A stretch of DNA of 63,990 nt, filler included, from Collodictyon triciliatum (taxonomy: Eukaryota): assembly GCA_043381765.1 (NCBI GenBank). It is 7 parts of 7 records of this genome, joined end to end, with 100 filler letters (N's around TTAATTAATTAA, not from the genome) between each part and the next. Parts side by side here need not be neighbours in the genome. Positions count along the whole stretch, not along the records: positions 37,797 to 48,182 come from JBHJMP010002699.1; positions 48,283 to 56,641 come from JBHJMP010002700.1; 5 more parts are not named here. One strand, given 5' to 3'. Shown piece by piece: positions 41,591 to 54,170 of the stretch. Both the position numbers and the translations under genes were made by a program. Within the stretch, counting starts at the first letter, position 1. Every line of letters begins with the position of its first letter. The notes under the pieces were generated by a model, which saw nothing but the letters and a program-made list of their open reading frames with translations, did no database searches and was not told where the DNA came from.

Positions 41591-42091
41591 ATGTGCCGAA
41601 GCTCAGAGACAAGGTGTATTTTACCTACTAGTCAATTACGCGAGAATCTAACAAATACCACAACACCAAACACATTGATGAAGATATTGCCAATCTGTTA
41701 TAGGTATTACTTACCTTATACATGATTTTAACATGAAGAGCACTACAAGACCGTCGAAAAAGAAATTTAAGTTCAATACAATTAATTTCCAAATCAGATG
41801 TATTCAAAGAAGCACGCTTCCATCCACATCAGGACGTCCCTCTTCCAGATGGAAGCGATCTATCACGAAGCCAGGATCATAAGAAGGCTGCAACAAGCCT
41901 AACAGCATTTTAACCTGGAGATATCACAGAATCCCGGTAGACGATCAGCGGCCGAAGCGTTCCCGACGGAGGCAAATGGCAGCCGGTCATCCATTCTGAC
42001 GAACACACTTAAGTCGCAACACCAAATCATTCATTTGTATGCCTAAATGACGTTGTCGACACACGATCCAGATAAGCCTCTCTCAGGTCTC

Positions 42092-43344
42092 ATGGCGCGC
42101 GGACAAGCAAGGTTCGCTGTGTTGATTGTATTGTGCTTGCTTGTGGGAGCAACGATTGGGATGGCTCCAAAGTCTGGCGAAATGCCACGAGACGGTCATG
42201 GATATGGATATGGACATGGTCATGATCACGATCATGACGACTTTGGCAATCATCACAGGGACGAGAAGGACAATGATGACGACATAGTGTGCAACTTTAA
42301 GCCGAAGGACTGCTCTGGTCTTGTATGTGATATATTTTTTTCTTTATTTTTGTCTTCTTGCTCTTGCTCTCTTTGGTAAACTGGTAACAATTTAAGTATT
42401 TTTTGTCCAGTTCATCTTTTGAAGCAGTTTAGAAACGCAAATGGCCATATACCTTTTTATGACGTCTCGCTGGCATACTCAATTGTACATAGCTGGTGTA
42501 AATGAGTGTTTTTTTTTTTGAGTTTATTCTCATTTTTTTGAAGCGAAAATCTAATATGTTTTGGGAATAGGTTGCTGATGCGCTGACCAAGTGCTTACTT
42601 GAAGCCATCCAAGTTCTCAACACCCAAGTGTTGTATCAGGAGGAACAAATGAATGATATTGACAGGAGACTGGTAATCAAACACTCATTCTTTTCACTTC
42701 AAATCATGATATTTTGAATAGTGTGACTCTAGCAATTATGGAGAAAGACATACACACTTATATTTTGATATCTGCCTCCTCAAATACATCATCACCACAA
42801 GACTTTGTACCACAGTGTATATTAGCTTTTTTATATCGAAACTCGTTCCATATACTGACAAATAATCCTCCTCATTGGAACTTAAATGAAGCGCGGCGTC
42901 CAAGGAGTGATCGTGCTGATTGTGGTTGCATCGAGTATCATAGGGTGCATCAAGTGCTACAAAAGAAGCCGCAAAAACAGACCACCCCAGGTCGTCCACT
43001 CGTTCTACCCAGCCCATCCAGGCGTTGTGGTGTCTGCACCGACCGGACAGAATCGCGAAATGAGCTCACTTAGCGGCAATCACGCGACAGGAGCCGGAGT
43101 TGGAAACGACAGCCACGGGGCGATACTGCGCGATGGACAAAACACACAGCGACGATCCGTAGATATGTCGCATAATGTGCTGCTTCGTGCAACAAACATC
43201 CAAAACCAAGGCCAGGTGTATCCACATGCACATGCAGTCGCAAACGAAGGATATATTGCATACCCTCAAGTTCCTGCTGCTTCCTATCCTGTACATGGCA
43301 GCCACCCCCATGGCCAGCACACCAGCCCGTTTGGAGCGAACTAA
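42092..43344 (+). CDS. Predicted type I membrane protein with a His/Asp-rich N-terminus
   Basis: Signal peptide (RFAVLIVLCLLVGATIG), GHGYGYGHGHDHDHDD tract, small Cys-containing exons, TM segment GVIVLIVVASSIIGCI followed by KCYKRSRK, and a Pro/Gln/His-rich tail. Confidence 0.6.
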
Positions 43345-44101
43345 ACCTGTTTCCTTGTGCCCCAAGATAAAAAAGAAAGACACGATATAACAAGACACTC
43401 ACTCCACCCTTTGAAAATGCACATCCAGAATTAGGAAGTAAATTCGACCACAAAGTCCCTATTCCAGATTCGACACACCACTTCCCCGTGCGTCCTTTCG
43501 GTAAACCAAGGGAAACAAAGCCCGCAGAACAAAGCGATTTGCAGATGTGGGCAGAAATAGCGCTTGAACACCTTCCGTAGCTGATTTTAGCCAATCTGTA
43601 GCCGCGAAGTCCCAGAAGACAGAACGATTGTCGCAGAATTCTTGAACTATTCAAAGAATTATACCAATATTGGACAAAATTGAAATCATACGGAGAATCT
43701 ATATTATATTATCCATTTCCATTGAAAAATACAATCTCTTGCTCCTCGTAATGCCGCCATATATATATCCTTTGCGATGCCGGCCGAGGGATAGTTACAG
43801 CATTCAACTTAGGATATTTAAGTAATGCTCATCAACCACGCTTTTATGGCGGTCACAATCACAGCCACATCACGTTCCAACCCATGACTTGTGGAGAAGC
43901 CGTCGTTTCACAGCGGAGGGAAAACGAGTCAGAAGCCCATGACTCACAAGCCCTTCAGCCTCGGCATCCTTGCCAAAACCCACCATTAAGCCAACCCCAA
44001 TACCCACACACCCTACAAAAGCAAACACACCGACCTGCACGCACGTATATTTTCACACAAGCAATAGCTAATCAAACCGCCTGTCAAACCCACAGAACAC
44101 A

Positions 44102-47100
44102 ATGAGCCGCTTCGTGGCCTTCGCCTTGATTGCTGCCTTGGCTCTTGCCCACGTGGCTGTTGCCCTTCCAGCTGCTCAGGCTGCTCCTGGCTTCACCGAA
44201 GTCCCCCGCACTTCGGACGAGCCGACTTTTGAAGAGATGCTCTTCGACATGAAGAAGCTGATGAAAATGTAAGCGAAAAGTAGTCCCTCTTTTTTTTTTT
44301 TTTTACGCTTTTCGTCTGTATTATGTGCGAAAATATATCGCTTCGTTTGTTTTACCCGTCATGTGAATGAATTCAGGTTGCCCACTGAAGAGGAGATGGA
44401 ACAGGCTGCCGAAGATGCTGCCCAGGCCATTCTCAAGAGCCACGGTGGAAAGATCGATGAGGCCAACCTCAACCCCGTCTTCCTCATGCCAGGTTAGAAA
44501 GATACTTGCCACCAATATTTTTTACTTGAAGTATTCATTGCCTTACGAGAAAGAAAATATTATTAATCTGCTGGAGCCTTGTGAAAAATTCCCTCATATA
44601 CCCACATGGGCCCGTAAGAGAATATACTATTTCTGTGGAGGTTGTTGCTGGAAGGAATCAACGAGTTAGTCTGACTTCGCTGAACACTCATCCCCACCTC
44701 CGTTCGTAGGTTTCTTTGCCAGCGCCCTGATGAGCGAGTACAACAAGGCTGACGTCCCCAACTGGCGATGCGACAAGAAAAAGAGTCTGCATCAAGTCTG
44801 GGTCAACTACGTTGACATCAACCCCCTCTTCCAGCCTCTTGTAAGATTCTTACGTTGACTACCCCTTTTGAGTTCCTGTCATATCATTTTTAATGATCAT
44901 TCTCCTGTGTCCTTTCTATTTTTTTCTTTTTACACTTCTGGTTACATGTGTATCGCACCAAAGAAGCCCACTCTTAAATCCTTTTGCCTCTACCTCAGGA
45001 CTGTCTCTTTGACACTCTCTCCACCTCCTACAACGCTGCCACCAACACCTACTCCAACAAGCCAGGTATACATATATTTCTCCCTATATTCGATTCATAG
45101 CAGGCCAGGTACACAGATTCCCTGACATCCCATGGACTATCTCTCACATTCGAATCATTGTGCCCGCGTTATATTTTAAAAAAACACAGGAGTCAGCGTC
45201 TATGAGAAGGACTTCGGCGGCCTCAGTGTAAGCACACCTTTATCAAGATGACGCTTCATGTCCCTTTTCCTACGTCAAACCCTGAATTGCCTCTCGGGTT
45301 GAAGATTTGTAATACACACACTATACCCGATCTTTTGCATTTCTTTTGGAGTAATGGAGCAAATCCTTCATTATTCGTGGAACTTAGGGTGTGGAGCATC
45401 TTGATACCCTGAACATCATTCCCATGTATGGCCCCATCATCAAGGCTCTTGAGAAAGTCGGATACACTCGCAACACAAACATCAAGGGTCTCCCTGTAAA
45501 TTCTTATTTTTCACAAATAAAAAACGCAATAAATATACTGGGGGCTGTGCGATTTGCCACGTTTATCTATCTGAAGTAAAGGCCATCCTATGCAACTCTT
45601 AAATTTGAAAATAAAAATCTCAGTATGACTGGATGTTCACCAGCCACCACTACGACCGCGTCGGATACTTCAACCGAGTGACTGCATTGATTGAGCAGAC
45701 TTATGCCAACAACGGAAACAAGCCCGTCGTGCTCGTTGGGCACAGCATGGGTATGAATATACCCTCTCCGTTAATTGCCTCTCGATGATGATGCATGTTT
45801 CTCTGTCTTTCATTATTCCTGGCTGGGCATGATGCTACTTATGTATTCATACGATAACTACCAACACATTACCGAAAGCTTTCATTCTGTGCATAATTTA
45901 TGGATAATGGTTGAACTAACGCACTCTAAATCCGTAAGGAACCCTCATGACCTACTACTACCTCCTTGGTCGTCCCCAGGAATGGAAGGATCGCTTCATC
46001 AAAGCCAACATCGCCATCACACCTTTGTACCTCGGTGCTCCTCTTGCTCTCCGTGTTCTCGTGCGTTTTTCTATCAATCACATACACACAAGAAAACTCA
46101 ACACAGCTACTCCTTTCTACTACCATTTGCCTTCCAAAATGAGCGCATATTTAACCAGACACACCGCGCCCCAAAACCCTATTCTCTTGCACAAATACAC
46201 CACCTAGACAATATGGAGCCCTCTCACACCTAAATCTAAATCACACTTGTTTCTAACTCTTAGCTTTCTGGACTCACCTTCCTTCCTGGATTCGAGGCTC
46301 TTTCCCGTGAGACTGCCCGCGGATGGGGTACGTGCTTTATTCTGCGTTGTTAGACATAAATCCCCAGTACCAACCACCACAACACAACATCACACAGGCT
46401 CGATTCATTGGTTTGTGCCAAACGAGTCGTACCAGAATGTGCCATTCGTGACAAACCCATCGCGCACATACAACTCCACCCAGTTCGCCGAACTCTTCCG
46501 TGACATCGGAGTCCCAGTAAAGAGCACGACCCTTTCTCACAACTTCTGCATCCTTACTTCTAACTTAAAAGATACAACCTGACCTGACCTGGCCTGACCT
46601 GACCCGACCGCATTTATATGTCCACATTATCGCAACTAACCAAACACAATAATAACCTACTAGGACTTGTATACCGCCAGCAAGCGCGCCTCTGAAGTCA
46701 CCGCCCGCCTGCAGCCCCCTGGCGTGGCCCTCCACTGCCTCGTTGCCCGCAGCTGGATTACCCCGTACAAGTTCACCTATGACCGCAGTACGTCCATGTT
46801 TGAAAGCCATCACTCCCTTTTCTTTCATTTCGTGCTTCTCGGTTCATCGACCTTGCGCACACACATACACCATACCTTTGGTGTTTGCATTCTATGACCG
46901 AACCTGGGCACAAACAAAACTTCAATACACTTCACAGATGATATGAGCGACCTTCCTAGTGTTGCCTTCACTGACGGAGACGGCCTTGTGCCTCTGGAAA
47001 GTGCCCGCAGCTGCACATTCCTCCGCCCAAGCAGCGTCCTTGAGTACGACACAAACCACTTGACCATCCTCTGGCTCAGCAAGCCCATTGAGGACATCGT

Positions 47101-47119
47101 CAATATCATCATCTCATAA
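44102..47119 (+). CDS. Secreted/lysosomal LCAT/PLA2G15-family phospholipase-acyltransferase, about 12 exons
   Basis: Signal peptide; PVFLMPG; DFGG; GLPYDW; KPVVLVGHSMG (nucleophile); WKDRFI; PPGVALHCL; GDGLVP; terminal His (NHLTIL). Confidence 0.9.
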
Positions 47120-48112
47120 AGTATCGGCACAAGTGCAGACAACACACATGTTTGGAGCACTTTCGTGTGCTGCGCCTTTCGGCTCACTCCAGCCGTGGTG
47201 CACTGAGAGTCCCCGCTTACCTGTGCCTCAATAAATATTCGCGTAGAATGATGTCCCATCATAAGCAAGCAATAGCAAACAACAGTCTCGTTGCCTTCTC
47301 TGCTGCATCCCCTTTCATATTCTTAGCCTTTGCTCAAAGACTTCAAAGAGACGCTTTCTCTATTTGCTTGCTTACTTGTCGTGCGGCATATATCTTCCTG
47401 CCGCAGCACTGGGATCAAAGAATCCGGCCTGCGAGGCCTGTTTGGCACTTTCGACTATTCCTGAGAGGCTTGCGAGCACATGACATTTTCTTTGAGAACC
47501 ATGACAAGACACAAGGCAGCGCCATACGAGGAGATCACATAAAGATCCGTCGCTTACTGTGTTTCTTTAGATCGACCGAAGAAGGGACTGAAGCAACTTG
47601 CTTATGGACGACGAAGTGCGCAGTTGGATTCTTCTGCTTAGCTTCTCACACTTTGTACGTACATCTAGTTCTGAAGAAAAAAAGAAAAAGAAAAAGAAAA
47701 AGAAAAAGAAAAAGAAAAAGAAAAAGAAAAAGAAAAAGAAAAAGAAAAAGAAAAAGAAAAAGAAAAGCGATTAGCTGCGACCACTGGCAGATAAGCGCTG
47801 GATTGGGCTTAATGAACATGATTTACTTCTTTCTTTCTTTCAATAAAGATCCATTAAAACACCGTGCCAGGTCATCGGCTTCTCGTACCTCATTCTTCCG
47901 TATTTCTACTGGTGGTCGGGATTCCTGATAATGTCCCACGGCTTGTACGGTTGTTTCGGTGCATTCAGCTACTCTCGGATATGGGCACGAGGGGTATTAC
48001 CATACTTAAATGCGTACTTGTGAGTCAGACGCAACACTCGGCACGTTTCTCTCCCTATATGTCATAATTTGATGCTGCTGTTTGCTTCTTTTCTTCCTTT
48101 TGCCCTTTTTTT

Positions 48113-48182
<70 letters not shown>

Positions 48183-48282
48183 NNNNNNNNNNNNNNNNNN
48201 NNNNNNNNNNNNNNNNNNNNNNNNNNTTAATTAATTAANNNNNNNNNNNNNNNNNNNNNNNNNNNNNNNNNNNNNNNNNNNN
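48183..48282. other. Artificial contig spacer
   Basis: N44-TTAATTAATTAA-N44. Confidence 0.98.
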
Positions 48283-48835
<553 letters not shown>

Positions 48836-48993
48836 TTTGGGCCAATATGCAAAGCATGAGGCAGTTCATTTAGTGGCTTCAGGGGCTCTGGCCGTAGCAT
48901 AGGCGAGAAGTGTGCAAAGAGGAAAAAGGAAAAGGGAGAAAGAGAGAAAAGAGAAAGAGAGAAAAGAGAAAAGAGAGAGGGAAGGGAAAAGGG

Positions 48994-49092
<99 letters not shown>

Positions 49093-49674
49093 AGGAGAGA
49101 CTTTCTGTTCAGTCCCTTCCACGAGCGCAGCCCGCGTGATAACCACAGTTCATGCACTCATCAAAAAGTCACGCCTTTCGTATGTGTCAAGATGGCGCTT
49201 GCAGATAGGAATATTGGGGGAAAAAAAAAAAAACATTCGAAATATATATGTGGAATTCATAATGATCTTGCCTACTACTCTAATATACTTTGTAAAATCA
49301 ATATCTGACGAATATTCTACATATTTAACACATCCAGATTATATAACCGAATAGCGGAGGCAACCTGAATCAAGATCACGCTTATCAATCTCAACACTAC
49401 CTCTTCGGATCCAACGCGCCTGAAAAAAAGAAAACGACCAACGAGAGAACAACAACACCAAAAAAAAAAAAAAGAATCAAGATCAGTGTGGAACAATAAG
49501 CCCACCCCGCGATAGAAACACGAAACAACAGCAAAGGATCACGTCTCGACCCACATCATCAACCCAGCACATCAATAAATAAAAATAACAATAATAATAA
49601 TGATAATAAAAAAGGGGGCACAAATAGGACAAACAAACAACCCCAGACGAGAGAGCCGCAAGAAACAAGTAAGG

Positions 49675-50188
49675 ATGTGGAACTACGTTAAGAGCTTCTT
49701 TGGATATTGCGAAGAGAAGACAGAAGGGGAAGCAAGGTTATTCCCACACAAATATAATAATAATAATAATAATCATAACCGTCACGCATCCGCCTTCATC
49801 GCCTTTGATATTGAAAGCAGACTCTAAAACACACAGACACACAAGCACACGGGTGGCTGCGGCTGCGACAGAGCCCGAGACTATTATCCCGCTCATTGTA
49901 GAGTAAGATAAGCATGAATCAGCCTCATATCGCCATTTCATGCGCTTTCCTAAGGCTTCCTTCCGAGCTGCTTCGACTCACTTCCTGGGCTCTATTTCCA
50001 GAGTCCCGCCAAACCATCCGCTAGCCGCGTGGAAGAAAGCACAGCTGCTGAATGACCCAGGAAACAACGAGTTGCTTTTTGTAGACGAGGACGGCTTTGA
50101 AGCCAACGAGTTCTTCATGGCCACTCTGGGCGGCGCATTCTACCGCATTCTGTTTAATCGCCCCAGCAAGCAGCAGAGACAATCGTAG
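49675..50188 (+). CDS. Small hypothetical spliced protein
   Basis: Coding-like segments MWNYVKSFFGYC.. and ASFRAASTHFLG..FYRILFNRPSKQQRQS*; the splicing phase was not resolved. Confidence 0.35.
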
Positions 50189-50670
50189 GCGGGCTCTACT
50201 TGTGCTGTGCTTTGACCTGTGTATCCATCATCAATGTCTTGTTTGTTTTGTGTGTGTGTGTGTGTGTTTTCACTCTATCTTCGCGTGTTGGAGATTCTAA
50301 AATAGCCTCGTTCTCTTGCGGCTGGCTGAGGTGCAGTTATCAGAAAATGGCAAAGGCCACAACATAAAGCGAATGAACAGAAGATTCTCAGTCTAACCTG
50401 CTTTGGCGTCCTGTCTGCTGTCTAGTGTTTGGTTATGCGCCCATTTATTATTGTACAAAAGGCAATGTGCTATATCAGAGTGGTCTCTTCTGGACTTCGT
50501 TCTGGTGGTAAAGACGAGCGGTGGATTCAATCATATTTGATGCCCAGCAAGACAAAGCGATATGTGCAGGATGGGAGGGCGAGTGTGGAGTGGATTGCGA
50601 TGCTTTGGTAGGAAATAACAGCAGGGTCATTCAAGACATGCCATCTTGTGGCGATGTGGACTTTGGAGGC

Positions 50671-52828
50671 CTAGCTTCGAGCCGTGTTTGCTCGTGGCGT
50701 GCTTACGCTGCGACTGTTTGTGATATATGCATACTTTGGATATTAGTGTTTTTTGAAATATTCGGAATATATATCATCATCATCATCATCATCATCATCA
50801 CCCATAACATATGAATAAAAACATGTTAAGAAAAGGAGAAAAGAGAGCAAGATTAAGGTCAAATACATAGTGACTGCATATATGGCTGGAAGTATACTAC
50901 GAAAATGATGTACAGAGTACATATCCACCAAACAAGATATGATTTCTGCAGTGATTGTGCGGTTACCTTGAACGAAGTGGCTGGCGGGCAGATTTCGGCC
51001 CATAGTCCCGCGAGGTTTTACTAGGCAGGTTCAGTGTAGGAAGCGTAGGCTTTGAAGAAAAATATATCGGGTGTTTGAGGTCGACGCGTGTGATTTGGAG
51101 CAATTAACGAAAGAAAGAGAAAAAAGGATGGCATAATTAGAATAAATTAAAAATAAAAACATAATTAGGACGATGTATGTATACTGCATGTCCGTGTGAT
51201 GACTTTGTATCGTAGAGTTGCGAGTTTTTCATCGTTCCATTGTGCGACTGGCTTTTCAGGTCGATAATTTCGTATTCTCCTGGACCAAGGTCACCAGAGG
51301 ATGGGAGTGGACCAAATTGATTAATGAAGCGGTTTGACCTACAGTAATCGAAAATGAAGTCCGAAGGTTTGGTAATCGAAAAACGTCGAGTCGAGAACCT
51401 CTCAGTAAGGTTTAGAGAAGGATCAGAGTTTGCAATCATCTATGGAGTTTGATAGTGGAAGGAAGCAAAGGAATATATGTGGTGATTAAGTATACTTTGG
51501 AAAGACACAAACACCGTTGTTGGGAAACGTCTGCGCACGCGAGTTGATTGCATCGTAACTTCCGGGACCAATCAACGGCTCTGTCCTGAATTCTCAAAAA
51601 TTAGACTAAAACACACTTTAGTACTTCCCACATGCGTTAGATGGGTCATGCGAGGCATTATGGCCCATAAGAGGACAACTCAACGATAGTACAGCATGGA
51701 GGTTTTGTAATGCAAAGTGATAAAGTGCACTTTGTACGGTATTCGGTATCACCGGGAAGCGAAGTCACTATGCGTGGTGAGTTCGATGCAAAACTCAGAG
51801 TGTGTCTCTTCGTGGTGCATGCTTTATAGCCTGGGTCGTAATCACCGGGCCCGACTTCCTAAATGTGTTTTGTTTGTATTAAATTTTATCAAGAAAATAA
51901 GGCTTCCATGTGTTGCACTATAAATGGCTCCGAGTTTGATGGTGAAATCGGTATTAGGCGGAATGGAGAATGGTATACTTGTTGAGGCGAGCAAATACTT
52001 ACAACATCATTCTTTATGTGTTTTCGAGGAGAAGATTTGAAGCTGCTTGATGCCCGAGAAGGGTCGTGAATGTTGATTGCAGAGACGACAGACTCATACT
52101 CTCCAGGTCCTAAATTTTATCTCGATAGTTAAACCAAGGAAGTCAATACACAAAGGTAAGTTGTAATCATATTTGCATCAACCATTGAAGGGGCCTGGTT
52201 AGGATGTGAAAATAATATTCATGCGAAGGAAAACTTAGTAAATGCTCTCATTTGAGCTTTGAGTCATACCAAGAGTTGAGGGAACATCAGGGAATCGAGT
52301 GATTTTGGAGCGAAACCCAACGCAGTAAGTTTTATACTACGTATTTCCCATATGGTCATTAGAAATCAAGGGTGTATTAATAAACAGGAATGTTTCTTTG
52401 AACAAAAGGGGTTTTACAAGAACCATGAATGGACGCGTTCATAGGACAAGTAAGAGATGTCACTATTTGAATGAAAACTTTGACTTTGTATAAATGAAGT
52501 AAATACCCTCAATGCAGGGTCTCGTAGGCTGTAGGAATCAAGACTCCTATGAGGAAGAGATGCAGTGACCGCCTCTATGAAGAAAAGAAACGATATTAGA
52601 CCCAGAAAGAGCATCAAGTTTCAATTTCAGATACACTTTATCTTTGAGGTCAGACTATGGGGGTATACAATCTCTTGAATATTTGAAAACACCTCGCACT
52701 GATGATGTGAAAAAGAATTCAACAAGCCCAACCATCCATACATCGAAGGTTACATGGAAGGATGGTGTAATGATATCATCTGTGTTGATAAGTTCCGGAT
52801 TCTGGTACTGGATCCTCTTCAGCTCCAT
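50671..52828 (-). CDS. SHIPPO/STPG (ODF3-like) PGP-repeat protein, probably axonemal
   Basis: Separate exons encode TLGPGEY, EVGPGDY, LIGPGSY and DLGPGEY repeats with intervening SF-x-S-x-x-PR-like segments. Gene ends are approximate. Confidence 0.7.
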
Positions 52829-52870
52829 GATTACTTTGTGCTCAGTTACCTTCAATATAATGTAAAATAT

Positions 52871-53602
52871 TCAACTGGCTAGTATGTGGATCTGTGAGTA
52901 ACCAAACGCATAGATATAGGCCGATCAGTATCATTGAGGTCTAAAGATGAAGATAAAGATGTCAAGAAAATTCAAAACTCACGCCCATGATTCCAAGAGC
53001 CGCGTATGTTGATGTGGTTTCTTGTACGGAAATCATACCGTCTTCGTCCGAGTCCGTGTATACAAACACTTGCTTTGCATGCGACTCGAGGAAGTTTATA
53101 AACGTGTATAGATCCATGCTAGAAAAAAAAGTGTGTGACTCAGATCAGTAAAGCTACAGATATAGAGATAAAAAAAAAGTATTCTACTCGCACAGTAAAT
53201 ATTGCTTACTTTTCTGAGATTTCTTCGACAGTCATTGTCTGAACGCCAAACTTTACTACCAGGGCCTTGAATAGAGAACACATGATTGCGTTTACAGGGA
53301 AGGAACCGATATGAAGGAGAGAGAGAGAGAGAGAGAGAAAGAAGCATAATAAAAAGGTAAAGTAAATAGATGGGAGACTTGTTACCCTTCAGCCTTGTAT
53401 AGAAACAAAAATATAAAGATAAAAAAAAAACGTAGACAATAACCCGATGGAGTGGAATATGAAAAGGTCGGTTGAGTATTTGCTTAGAAGTAAGGCATAC
53501 GTAGACTTCCTCAGGCATCAGATAGCCTCTGCCCTGTTCATCGGCACGGACAAACTCTCGTTGCAGATAGCGGTAACGTGCCCGTGTCAGCAGTGCGCCC
53601 AT
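52871..53602 (-). CDS. Small EF-hand protein with a possible N-myristoylation site
   Basis: MGALLTR..FVRADEQGRGYLMPEE | ALVVKFG.. | ..VFVYTDSDEDGMISVQE..IMG | IHILAS*; two EF-hand-like loops. Confidence 0.65.
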
Positions 53603-53814
53603 TTGCCTTCCTCCTTGCTTCTTCTGCCGGTGTAAAAAGAAGGGGAAAAGGGACCTGCTTTCAGTCTGCTTCTCGCTGGGCTGTCATGAGTTGTGGACAA
53701 AGTCTGATGCGGCTGCGCGAAAGGCTCGGAGGCCAGATCGGATGATTTTTTGTTGAAACATAGCCGTTGATCTAATGTGGAAATTAATTTGTTTGCTTAT
53801 TTATTTTTATGTAA

Positions 53815-54170
53815 ATCTGTATAAACCATACATTGTGTGATTTTTATACAAAAAAGAAACTTTATAATAAAATTAAGAAAAGATGCCCACATCCACTCGA
53901 CAATTCAGTCATCCCGGCTTCGTTTGGTATGAAATCTGCCTCTATGTCAACCCAACCCCATGTTGGAGGAGTTGCGCTTTTGTGCTGTCATCTGTTTTAT
54001 TTACTAGGAGTATACCAACTTTCGATTGGCAAGCCTGGTGTGCTAGCATCCAAGGTCTCCCTGCTTTTTTCACAAAGAATGTGTAGTGGCAGAGGCTGCC
54101 AGGAAAGACCCGACAGCCTGTTTTTTAGAGGAAGGTGTATGCATTTTTTGAAGGATTAAAAGAACTTTCT
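53815..54170 (-). ncRNA. Candidate Fanzor omegaRNA region
   Basis: Overlaps and follows the Fanzor 3' end, with stem-loops at 54093-54119, ~53952-53966 and 53818-53850. Boundaries are inferred. Confidence 0.35.

Noticed and set aside
47152-47928. 258-aa ORF with a poly-KR tract
   Set aside because: Crosses an (AAAAGA)n microsatellite downstream of the lipase gene and has no protein-like motif.
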